Part shown: positions 10,728-19,250 of the stretch, piece by piece
How the letters are laid out: each line of letters begins with the position of its first letter
Position numbering within the stretch: the first letter of the stretch is position 1
Source: a candidate division CPR2 bacterium GW2011_GWC2_39_35
GTDB lineage: Bacteria; Patescibacteriota; CPR2
Reading direction: 5' to 3'
Assembly: GCA_000995065.1 (NCBI GenBank)
Contig: LBWX01000003.1
Coordinates: 22,304 to 86,303 of the forward strand
Length of the DNA: 64,000 bases
Program-made: the position numbers and the translations under genes
The notes under the pieces: model-generated
Seen by the model: only the letters and a program-made list of their open reading frames with translations
Told to the model about the DNA's origin: nothing
Databases searched by the model: none

Positions 10728-12359
10728 TTAATAGTGTACGATCACCGGGGTTCCGATGGGCGCCCAATCGTAAATAAATTTGGCAACATCTATCGGTGCA
10801 TTCACGCAGCCGTGAGATCCGCTCCAAACATAATCCTGGCCGCCAAAGGCTCGGCGCCAATAAGCTTCATGAACCGCATAGCCGCCATCCCTAAAATAAG
10901 TAACCCAATGAATATTTGGCAAATCATAATAGTCTACCCCTGGAATTCCGCCGGTCATTCTGGTAACCGGAGTCTTATTCATGACATAAGTTGTACCGGT
11001 CGGGGTTGGTGTCGATCTCTTTCCGGTTGTTACCTTCCAGGAAGCCGTTTCCTTATAACCCTCGCCGTCTTTTACAGAGACCGTCATTGCTTGAGTAGTC
11101 AGATTAATGTCGATTTTCTTATTCCAATCGGGAACAATCACATTCTCTTTTACTACTTTTGGCGCAACCTGATTCATTTTTACAACAATTAAATCTTCAT
11201 CGTCCTCGATTGCTCCCATTATCTTACTTTTTAAAAATGATGCGTCAACCTCCCACCCTGCCTTGCCGGGAGTCACCTCAATCTCCTTGGATAAATTTTC
11301 CACTCTCATCTTTTTATCTTCGGACGGCACATTAAACTTTTTGGCAATGTCGCTCTGAATAAAAACCTCTAATTTTTTTTCGTCTAGGCTTGGATTTAGA
11401 TCTTTATCAAAAGTTAAAAACTTGGCTATCTCGTTTGGCCCCAAGATCATGCTTTTGTCCTCATCTTTTAGCACAATTTCTCTATTAACCAATGCTTTAA
11501 CATCTGCCAAGAATTCGGAATCTATGCTACCGCAAGAACCGGTAACTTTCCCAATTTTTTCTAATCCCCTAGAAAGTTGATAAGCAAACAATTCCTTATA
11601 GAAATCTTCTTCTAAACCGGAAGACTGGGCAATAGAATCAACAGACTCTATAACAACGTTTTCGCCCTTAGAAAGATTTGGGAAAATATCGCTAATCTCT
11701 TCCTCTAAAACATCTTCGGAAACGATAAATTTAAGCTCTAACTTTTCTTTATCTTGACTATCACCCGCAACGTACTTTTTATAAATTTCTTTAGCGGCTA
11801 AAAAGTGATTGTTAAAAATATTACTGTCTCGGCCGTAAGAAATAGCTTTTGTAATTACCGTTTCAGAATTGTCTTTAATACCTAATTCCTTAAGGCCATA
11901 AGTTTTTTCGAAATCCCCACTTCTTATAGTTATTCTAAAATCATCAATCTTTTTGTTTATTATAGACCTGATTTCCTCCGGGTTTTTGCCGAGCAAACTC
12001 TCGTTTAGAAGATATGCATCCGTCATCACCATACCGGCATAGGCGTTTTGATAAATAAACGTTACCGACGGAAGCCCCACAAGAAAAAGCAAAATAATAA
12101 AAACAGAAGCAACCTTAAAGATTAATACTCTCTTCTTTTTAGGCTTTATTTTAGTCTTCTTTTGTAGCTCTTTTTCTATTGGCTCATTATGGTGTTTTTG
12201 TTCTTTATCGTCATTTAGCTTCTTTACAGATTTTGCCTCTGTATCGGTATTATCATTTATGTCATAATTTAAAGAACTGTCAGCCCGACTTTTATCGCTA
12301 ACAAAAAAATCCCCCCTGCCCCTTTTGGGCTTTACAATGTCTAAAACTTTTCTTCCCAC
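10728..12359 (-). CDS. membrane-anchored L,D-transpeptidase (YkuD/ErfK domain) protein
   Basis: 543 aa; Lys-rich N-terminus then a TM; C-terminal SGSHGCVNAPIDVAKFIYDWAPIGTPVIV matches the L,D-transpeptidase catalytic His/Cys motif. Confidence 0.7.
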   Translation of the reverse strand: MGRKVLDIVKPKRGRGDFFVSDKSRADSSLNYDINDNTDTEAKSVKKLNDDKEQKHHNEPIEKELQKKTKIKPKKKRVLIFKVASVFIILLFLVGLPSVTFIYQNAYAGMVMTDAYLLNESLLGKNPEEIRSIINKKIDDFRITIRSGDFEKTYGLKELGIKDNSETVITKAISYGRDSNIFNNHFLAAKEIYKKYVAGDSQDKEKLELKFIVSEDVLEEEISDIFPNLSKGENVVIESVDSIAQSSGLEEDFYKELFAYQLSRGLEKIGKVTGSCGSIDSEFLADVKALVNREIVLKDEDKSMILGPNEIAKFLTFDKDLNPSLDEKKLEVFIQSDIAKKFNVPSEDKKMRVENLSKEIEVTPGKAGWEVDASFLKSKIMGAIEDDEDLIVVKMNQVAPKVVKENVIVPDWNKKIDINLTTQAMTVSVKDGEGYKETASWKVTTGKRSTPTPTGTTYVMNKTPVTRMTGGIPGVDYYDLPNIHWVTYFRDGGYAVHEAYWRRAFGGQDYVWSGSHGCVNAPIDVAKFIYDWAPIGTPVIVHY

Positions 12360-12401
12360 ACTTATATTTTGAATGAGAATTGATTGTGATGCAATGGTTT
12401 T

Positions 12402-14771
12402 TTACGCTCTTACCACTGCTCCAAACTTATGCTTTAGCACATCCATCGCTTTCGTGACAAATCCACTGATTTCTTCCTCCGATAAAGTTTTCTCGGTTGG
12501 CTCAAAATAAAGTCTTATAGTTTTTGAGATTTTTCCTGGCTCTTCAAGGCCCAAATAAACATCAAGAAGTTCAATTTCTTTTAGAATAGGTGACGTTTTT
12601 GCCAGACTCTCAGTTATTTCTTTAAAAGTTATTTTTTCGTCGATTATAAAAGATAAATCTCTTTCGACAATCGGATAGCTTGATAGTGACTTAAAAGGCT
12701 TAATTAGATTCGATAATTTAACTAACAACTTAAAGTCAAGATCTAAGATAGCTACCGGTCTCTTAAGCCCAAAAGCATGTTGAAGAGCCGGATGAACCTC
12801 TCCAATAATGCCTATCTTTTGTTCACCAACTACAATTTCTGCCGTTCTCCCGGGATGGAAATTATCATTTTTAGCCGGAATAAACTGAATATTATTTATG
12901 CCGAGTTCTTTAAGAATTAGCTCCGCCGCCCCTTTGGCAATGTAAAAAGTTTTACCATTTGGGTAAATTACCCTCAAATCATCAATCCCTGACACCGCCA
13001 CAACTAGCCCCTTGCTCTCATAAGGTAATTCTTCCTCGCTTGGTAAATAAATATTGGCTAACTCATAAATCTTAATAAAATCAAAATCGTGCTCATTTTT
13101 AGCAATGACTTGTAAAATCGAGGGGATCAAACTTGGACGCATGTATTCATGTTCGCCTGATATCGGATTGGCTACTCTAATGGCTCTTTTTTGATCAAAC
13201 CCAATTTTCTCCAAAGATTCACCCGACATAAAAGAGTAGCTTAAAGTTTCCGTAAAACCGGCGCCTTCCAAGAGGTCTTTAAGCAAAAATTCTATTTTTA
13301 ATTTTTTATCTACTTTAGGCTGAGGTATATCACCTCTTGGTAAAGTTGCTTCAACATTGTTTAGACCATATAATCGGACAATTTCTTCTAGCAAGTCCTC
13401 CGGAATAGATACATCCAAACGCCACCAAGGAACTGTAGCAGAAATAATGCCATCATATGATTTGGCATCAAACCCCAATCTATTAAGATATTTTATAGCC
13501 TCTTCTATAGATAAAACTAAACCTAATTTCTTTAGAACATCCTCTGATTCAAGCTCCACCACTTTTTCTTCATCTTTATAATTTTTAACCGCTACCGTCC
13601 CAGAATATACCTTACCTTCCCCCAACTCCTGCAATAAATAAGCGGCCCTATCGATGGCAATTTGTGCTAACTTAAACGGCAGACCTTTTTCGAACCTGGT
13701 TACTGCTTCTGTCCTTAAGGCTAATTTGGATGAGGTTTTTCTAACCGATACCTTGTCAAAAGTAGCCGATTCCAAAATTGCAAATTTAGACTTTGCAGAA
13801 ATTTCAGAATTTGCTCCGCCCATGACTCCCGCAATAGCAATCGGCTTTTCGGCATCGGCAATAACAAGCATCGAACTATCTAATTTTCTTTTCTGACCGT
13901 CAAGAGTTTCTAAGACCTCGCCGTCATTCGCTCTCCTTACCTCAATTTTTTGATCCGCAATTTTATCACCGTCAAAAGCATGTAGCGGTTGACCGAGTTC
14001 TAACATAACGTAATTTGCAACATCAACCACTAGATTGATTGGCCTAACTCCGGCAGCCTCTAAGTGCCTTTTCATCCAATCTGGAGATTCGCCGATCTTT
14101 TCTATTTGAATTACTCTGGCAAGATATTGGGAGCACAAATCCTTATCCAAAACCTCGACATTTATCCGAGAGTCAGCTTTTTCCTCGGTCTCTTTTAAAT
14201 CGATTTCTGGAAATTTGAGTTCATCACCAGTAACCGCCGCCACTTCTCTGGCGATCCCGATCATGGAATATTCATCAGACCGATTTGGCGTAATTTCGGC
14301 CTCTAAAACAGGCTCACCAACTTCCAATGCTTCCCCTAAAGACGCACCAATCTTAGCAGATGCATTTAGAACCATGATGCCGGTTGATTCCGTAGATAAA
14401 CCAAGTTCCGCCTCGGAAGCACACATTCCGGCCGATTCTACCCCTCTAATATTTACTCTTTTTAGCTCGAAGTCGCCTAGCTTAGCGCCTTCACGAGCAA
14501 AGGCAATTTTTTGGCCAACCTCTACATTGGCCGCGCCGCAAACTACGGTTTGCTTATCCTTGCCGGTGTTTACCGTTACCAATCTTAACCTATCCGCATT
14601 AGGATGTTTTTCGATTTCTAAGACTTCTGCTACATTTACACCGCTCCAAGTAACAGCATGGTTCTCAATTTTTTCGATCTCCGTGCCGGATAAGGACAAA
14701 AGCTCGGCAATTTCCTTATCGCTTTTATCAGTCTTTACATATTCCTTTAGCCATTTGATTGGTACTCGCAT
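12402..14771 (-). CDS. pheT: phenylalanine--tRNA ligase beta subunit
   Basis: 789 aa; N-terminal MRVPIKWLKEY tRNA-binding domain, B3/4 and B5 domains, C-terminal FDBD-like region. Confidence 0.95.
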   Translation of the reverse strand: MRVPIKWLKEYVKTDKSDKEIAELLSLSGTEIEKIENHAVTWSGVNVAEVLEIEKHPNADRLRLVTVNTGKDKQTVVCGAANVEVGQKIAFAREGAKLGDFELKRVNIRGVESAGMCASEAELGLSTESTGIMVLNASAKIGASLGEALEVGEPVLEAEITPNRSDEYSMIGIAREVAAVTGDELKFPEIDLKETEEKADSRINVEVLDKDLCSQYLARVIQIEKIGESPDWMKRHLEAAGVRPINLVVDVANYVMLELGQPLHAFDGDKIADQKIEVRRANDGEVLETLDGQKRKLDSSMLVIADAEKPIAIAGVMGGANSEISAKSKFAILESATFDKVSVRKTSSKLALRTEAVTRFEKGLPFKLAQIAIDRAAYLLQELGEGKVYSGTVAVKNYKDEEKVVELESEDVLKKLGLVLSIEEAIKYLNRLGFDAKSYDGIISATVPWWRLDVSIPEDLLEEIVRLYGLNNVEATLPRGDIPQPKVDKKLKIEFLLKDLLEGAGFTETLSYSFMSGESLEKIGFDQKRAIRVANPISGEHEYMRPSLIPSILQVIAKNEHDFDFIKIYELANIYLPSEEELPYESKGLVVAVSGIDDLRVIYPNGKTFYIAKGAAELILKELGINNIQFIPAKNDNFHPGRTAEIVVGEQKIGIIGEVHPALQHAFGLKRPVAILDLDFKLLVKLSNLIKPFKSLSSYPIVERDLSFIIDEKITFKEITESLAKTSPILKEIELLDVYLGLEEPGKISKTIRLYFEPTEKTLSEEEISGFVTKAMDVLKHKFGAVVRA

Positions 14772-14774
14772 TTT

Positions 14775-14999
14775 TTATTTCTTCTTTATCTTAAAAATAA
14801 ACTTATCCTGAAAGTAAAATAGTATCATAAGCGTTATAAAGGCTGCTGGCAGCGGAATGACCACAAAGGTAAGAACGGGATTTCCGAAAACTATCGCCTT
14901 TTTTACGTTAAAAGCGAGCTCCACCGTCCAAACAAAAAATGTCAAAAACGTGACAAAAATGATTTCCAAAGTAATCAAAATTAATCTTGCTGCTTTCAT
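14775..14999 (-). CDS. small membrane protein (2 TM), inserted between pheS and pheT
   Basis: 74 aa, hydrophobic; stop 3 nt before the pheT start. Confidence 0.45.
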   Translation of the reverse strand: MKAARLILITLEIIFVTFLTFFVWTVELAFNVKKAIVFGNPVLTFVVIPLPAAFITLMILFYFQDKFIFKIKKK

Positions 15000-15050
15000 T
15001 TTATCCCTCCAAATACTTACTATATTTATTTAAAAAAGTCATTTTCATGA

Positions 15051-15278
15051 TTAATATCCTATCAAATACTCATCTTGATAATGGAAAATTCCGGAAAGAA
15101 TCATAGTAGATACCATTAAAACTGCAACGTAATATAAAGCCGGATGCTGGCTGGCAAATCCGCTTTGAGAACAATCTCCGGATATACAAACATATGCAGA
15201 TATCCAAACTAACGAACCAATAAAAAAGATAAGAATCATTTCTACGGCCATTATTACGTAGCGACTATTCTTGGTCAT
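15051..15278 (-). CDS. small membrane protein (2 TM), inserted between pheS and pheT
   Basis: 75 aa; start overlaps the pheS stop by 1 nt (TAATG), suggesting translational coupling. Confidence 0.45.
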   Translation of the reverse strand: MTKNSRYVIMAVEMILIFFIGSLVWISAYVCISGDCSQSGFASQHPALYYVAVLMVSTMILSGIFHYQDEYLIGY

Positions 15279-16309
15279 TAAAACTGCTCCAAAAATCGTA
15301 AGTCATTATCAAAAAACAATCTTAAATCATCAATGTTATTTCTTAGCATCGCCGGACGCTCTATACCAAATCCGAATGCAAAACCTTGGTATTTTTCGGG
15401 ATCAATGCCCCCATTTTTTAAAACGTTGGGATGAACCATACCGGCACCTAATATCTCAACCCAACCGGAATATTTACAAACCCGGCAACCACCCCCCCCA
15501 CAGATACCGCAAGATACATCCATTTCTATCGAGGGCTCCGTAAAGGCAAAGTGATGCGGCCTAAACCGCGTTTTTCTTTCTTCCCCGAAAAAAGCGCGAA
15601 CAAAGGCCTCTAGCGTACCCTTTAGATCAGCCAGTGTTACAGTTTCGTCAACCACCAAACCTTCTAATTGATGAAACATCGGGGTGTGGGTAACATCGCT
15701 ATCCCGTCTGTAGGTTTTACCTGGCACAATCACTCTTATCGGCGGTTTTTCGGTTTGCATTACCCTTATTTGTACCGGCGTAGTTTGAGTCCGTAAAACC
15801 AAATTTTCGTTTATAAAAAAAGTGTCTTGGGTGTCTCTAACCGGATGATCTTTGGGCATATTTACTGCTTCAAAATTATACCAATCCGTTTCTATTTCTG
15901 GGCCCTCGGCGACTGAAAATCCCAACTTAGAGAATATTTCCACCATGTCCTTTATGGTCTGGGTCACCAGATGCTGATGTCCAACTGTATGTTTAATCCC
16001 CGGCGCCGTGACATCAATCCATTCTCCATCGGCAAGATTCTCTCTTTTTAAAGAGGTGATCTCGGAAAGTCTCTTCTCGATCATCGACTCAACTTCTTGC
16101 TTTATTTTGTTCAATTCTTTTCCGGCTTCTTTTCTCTGGTCAATGGGTAGAGTAGCAAGAGAGCTCATAGCCAAAGTAATTCTTCCTTTTCTTCCTAAGT
16201 ATCGAACTCTAAAATTTTCTACCTCGCTACTTAAGCTAGCTTTTTTTATTCCCTCCGTCGCTTCTTTTAAAATATCGTTTAAATTGTTCATGATATGATT
16301 ACGAGCCAA
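15278..16309 (-). CDS. pheS: phenylalanine--tRNA ligase alpha subunit
   Basis: 343 aa; class II aaRS motifs FRPHHFAFTEPS and GAGMVHPNVL. Confidence 0.95.
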   Translation of the reverse strand: MARNHIMNNLNDILKEATEGIKKASLSSEVENFRVRYLGRKGRITLAMSSLATLPIDQRKEAGKELNKIKQEVESMIEKRLSEITSLKRENLADGEWIDVTAPGIKHTVGHQHLVTQTIKDMVEIFSKLGFSVAEGPEIETDWYNFEAVNMPKDHPVRDTQDTFFINENLVLRTQTTPVQIRVMQTEKPPIRVIVPGKTYRRDSDVTHTPMFHQLEGLVVDETVTLADLKGTLEAFVRAFFGEERKTRFRPHHFAFTEPSIEMDVSCGICGGGGCRVCKYSGWVEILGAGMVHPNVLKNGGIDPEKYQGFAFGFGIERPAMLRNNIDDLRLFFDNDLRFLEQF

Positions 16310-16698
16310 AGAACTGGATTCGCAAGAAATGCTAAAGCGGTACTTAAGCCAATATTCTGCTTTTCCCTAAGCTTTAGTAAATACTTAATCAAAGCAAAAT
16401 CCGCAAGGCCAATAATAGCAAAAGTTAGGATAAAGGTAAAGACTACATTACTAAAAACCAAAAAGGACAAAAAGATTGAGATAAATGCAGCCACCGCCGA
16501 TGCCCCAACGACCCCGACCACTGCTGGCCATACGATTTTTCCTTTTACTACAAATTTAAGATAGAGAACGAAAATAGCAAAATTAACGGCATAAAAAAAT
16601 GCAAAAAAGACCAGGAGCGATGGGATCATCTGACCTACTGACGCAATGAGCGGTGAAGATGCTTGCGCATTTTCTAAGTTGCTTAACGATTTATTCAT
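16288..16698 (-). CDS. hypothetical membrane protein (3-4 TM)
   Basis: 136 aa, hydrophobic; ATGA overlap with the upstream 121-aa ORF. Confidence 0.4.
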   Translation of the reverse strand: MNKSLSNLENAQASSPLIASVGQMIPSLLVFFAFFYAVNFAIFVLYLKFVVKGKIVWPAVVGVVGASAVAAFISIFLSFLVFSNVVFTFILTFAIIGLADFALIKYLLKLREKQNIGLSTALAFLANPVLWLVIIS

Positions 16699-17060
16699 AC
16701 TAACCTACCTTTTTTAGATAATAAAAATATTTCAATTAGAATAAAGGCTGTGATTAGGAAAAAGCCGTCCCAAAACCAAAGCAAATTCTGAGATTTAAGA
16801 ATCGCCAAAGAAGTCACCACTATTCCTATAAAAATACCTTCGCGAATAGAGGCTTTGGGCATCTCTATAAAAGTAAGGGATTTTCTTATCTGAAAAGCCG
16901 CAAAAGAACCGATTGAAAAGCCGCTCATAAAGATAAGACCAAAGAATAATACAATTTGCATGAAACCTGCCTTCCATGGATCGACATAAAACAGAAAATA
17001 TAATAAGCCGACTAGCGACAAGAAAACATAAGTTAAAATTTTCATAGAAAAAATACTCAT
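16695..17060 (-). CDS. hypothetical membrane protein (3-4 TM)
   Basis: 121 aa, hydrophobic. Confidence 0.4.
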   Translation of the reverse strand: MSIFSMKILTYVFLSLVGLLYFLFYVDPWKAGFMQIVLFFGLIFMSGFSIGSFAAFQIRKSLTFIEMPKASIREGIFIGIVVTSLAILKSQNLLWFWDGFFLITAFILIEIFLLSKKGRLV

Positions 17061-17112
17061 TGTAATTTAATTATAGTTCATTTTCATTTATTTTGCCAAC
17101 AGAAAGGTCGAA

Positions 17113-17142
17113 TAAAAAATACCCAAACTGGGTATTTTTTAT
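17113..17142. terminator. bidirectional intrinsic terminator-like hairpin
   Basis: AAAAATACCCA-AACT-TGGGTATTTTT: an 11-bp stem flanked by A-run and T-run, so T-rich on both strands. Confidence 0.6.
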
Positions 17143-17512
17143 CTACTATGCATTAAAGATACATAGTTTAACTCCCTACAGGTGGTAGAGAGCCATTGGA
17201 AGATAGCAACAAATAAACCTTACCCTCCAATAAGTTAACTACCACTCCTTTTTTAAAATAAGGTACAAATCGAAATAATTCCTTTTGCTTGCCTCTTTTA
17301 TTTTTGGGCTTGCTTTTTATTTTTGTGTTTAAAGGTTTTTTAAACCTCAGATTATTTAAAACAGTAGGGAAAGTCCAGATTAGAAATAAGGGGGGTACTT
17401 CTAACCTGGGCTTTCACCCACCATTTTTCGCTCCTTCTTAAGCTTCAAATGGCAAGCCAATCGTGATAAGCAAGCCCTTGACATAAGCTATTATGAAACA
17501 GATGTGTGAAAC
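17143..17512 (-). ncRNA. candidate non-coding RNA locus of unknown identity
   Basis: Minus-strand TTGACA-17/18-CATAAT promoter at 17478-17512 lies about 340 nt upstream of the bidirectional terminator, with no ORF over 14 aa between them. The plus strand carries RNase-P-like CR-I (GGGAAAGTCCAG at 17366-17377) and CR-V (ACAGAATCTGGCATA at 17544-17558) motifs with a compensatory CCAG/CUGG change. Identity and strand are unresolved. Confidence 0.25.
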
Positions 17513-17667
17513 ATGTCAATAAAAAAATTGTGAATAAGCAAAAACAGAATCTGGCATAAAGTATTTAGAATATAGGATAAGAATATAGGGCTTAGAATTA
17601 AGAATTATTAGGGCTTTAATATCCTCTAGATTCTTTATTCTATATTAAAGATTCCAAATTCCAGATT

Positions 17668-18726
17668 CTACTCTGCTGGCTTATCCAGCTGCAGAAGTTC
17701 CGAATCTAGACCCTTGCCGGTAATCTTGGTCACATCTTTATCTATCTTTACAAATTCCTTATTGGCTTCGTTATAGGCATTAACCGAAGTCTCTAAAGAC
17801 CTTCCTAATTTAGAGACATAAGTTTGGTAAGCGTTTAAATGATTGCCAAGCTTATGAATATTATCCACGATATCATTAATTGATTCCTGAACCTCCAAAG
17901 CTCGAAGTCCCTGCAAAACGGTCTGTAAATAAGCCGCTAAAGAAGTTGGAGAAACAATTATGACTTTCTTGTTTGTTGCATAATCAATTAAATCTCTGGT
18001 GTTCACTTTTAAGGTTCCCACTTGGTTTACAAGCAAATCATAATAAATTCCCTCCGACGGAATGAACATAAAAGCAAATTCCATCGTTCGCTTCTTGGGC
18101 CGGATATACTTCGCCGTTTCATCAATTCGATTCTTTAAATCCTGCTTAAACAACTTCTGAAGCGATTCACACTTAACTGCGTCTTTTTCTTCGCAAATTT
18201 TATTATAGTTTTCCAAGGAAAATTTAGAATCAATCGGCAAAACTTTGTCTTTTATAAAAAGAACGGCATCGACAATCAGCTCCTTGCCCGTCTTTTCGTC
18301 CGTGCCAAGACTGTATTGCATTTTGTAGGCATTAGGAGAAAAAAGATTTTTAAGGGCTGTTTCTAGATAATATTCCCCCAAAACCCCTCTTTGCTTCGGA
18401 TTTTTTAAGATGTTTTCCAAGCCCTGAAGCTGCTCCGTTATCCCTACCACTTGTTTATTGGTATCTTCCAGCTTAGTTAGTTTTTCGGTTACGTCCCTTA
18501 TTATTCCGGCACTTGACCTAAATTGCTCCTGAATTGTTTTAGATGATTCTACAAGGCCCTTACTTAACTGTTCCGAAACTTGGTTTAGCTGCTGCTGCAA
18601 TAAAAGCACGCTCTTGTCATTTTCTGAATTTATTTTTAGATCGCTGAGCCTCTTATTAATTAAAAAAATGATTACACCAAAACCGGCAACCACAATTGCA
18701 ATTAAAATTATAAACGATTGATCCAT
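17668..18726 (-). CDS. rmuC: DNA recombination protein RmuC
   Basis: 352 aa; N-terminal TM, long coiled coil, C-terminal nuclease-like region typical of RmuC. Confidence 0.75.
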   Translation of the reverse strand: MDQSFIILIAIVVAGFGVIIFLINKRLSDLKINSENDKSVLLLQQQLNQVSEQLSKGLVESSKTIQEQFRSSAGIIRDVTEKLTKLEDTNKQVVGITEQLQGLENILKNPKQRGVLGEYYLETALKNLFSPNAYKMQYSLGTDEKTGKELIVDAVLFIKDKVLPIDSKFSLENYNKICEEKDAVKCESLQKLFKQDLKNRIDETAKYIRPKKRTMEFAFMFIPSEGIYYDLLVNQVGTLKVNTRDLIDYATNKKVIIVSPTSLAAYLQTVLQGLRALEVQESINDIVDNIHKLGNHLNAYQTYVSKLGRSLETSVNAYNEANKEFVKIDKDVTKITGKGLDSELLQLDKPAE

Positions 18727-18773
18727 GAGGATAATTATAGCAATCTTTAGAAAAGATTATAGTATTATTTTTA

Positions 18774-19250
18774 CTATGATGCAGCTTTCGCTTTCTTTTT
18801 CTCTTCTGTAAAAACAAAGAGCCAGGCATACAAAAGAACAAATTCGATTGCAAACATTATAAGATTCAAGCCATCTACTGCCGGACTTGTCCATTTAGCA
18901 GCAAGCCAAAAATTAGCGTTCATCACCATTACAACAATCAAAGCAGCTAGAGTAATTTCTCTTCTAAATTTAAGTCGCTTGTTTAGAAGAATAGTTAAAG
19001 CAGCTAAGGCTAAAATTAATCCAGACAAAAGTTCGCCCCAGCTAACCATAATACCAAACGCTGTGGCATTCGGAATGGCTGTCTCAGAAAGAAAAGACTT
19101 ATAAAGCCCAAAGGGATTTTTGGAAGCAAAGTATCCGAGAGTTTTTTCCATGCCTCCTACAAATTCACCACCGGTTACTTTCTCCCAGCCACCCTTAAGC
19201 CATTCGAGACTAATTATTAGCTGCACTACTACTAACAGTCTTTTTTCCAT
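18774..19250 (-). CDS. small polytopic membrane protein, possibly DoxX-like
   Basis: 158 aa with 4 hydrophobic segments; the start may be internal because the track ORF overlaps the kinase gene by 41 nt. Confidence 0.35.
   Translation of the reverse strand: MEKRLLVVVQLIISLEWLKGGWEKVTGGEFVGGMEKTLGYFASKNPFGLYKSFLSETAIPNATAFGIMVSWGELLSGLILALAALTILLNKRLKFRREITLAALIVVMVMNANFWLAAKWTSPAVDGLNLIMFAIEFVLLYAWLFVFTEEKKKAKAAS

Noticed and set aside
17290-17580. Calling the intergenic locus a bona fide RNase P RNA
   Set aside because: Only CR-I-like and CR-V-like motifs were found, 190 nt apart, and no CR-II/CR-III (GGUAAGAGCGCACC-type) motif is visible, so the region is too short for known bacterial RNase P architectures. 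It is kept as an unresolved candidate ncRNA.
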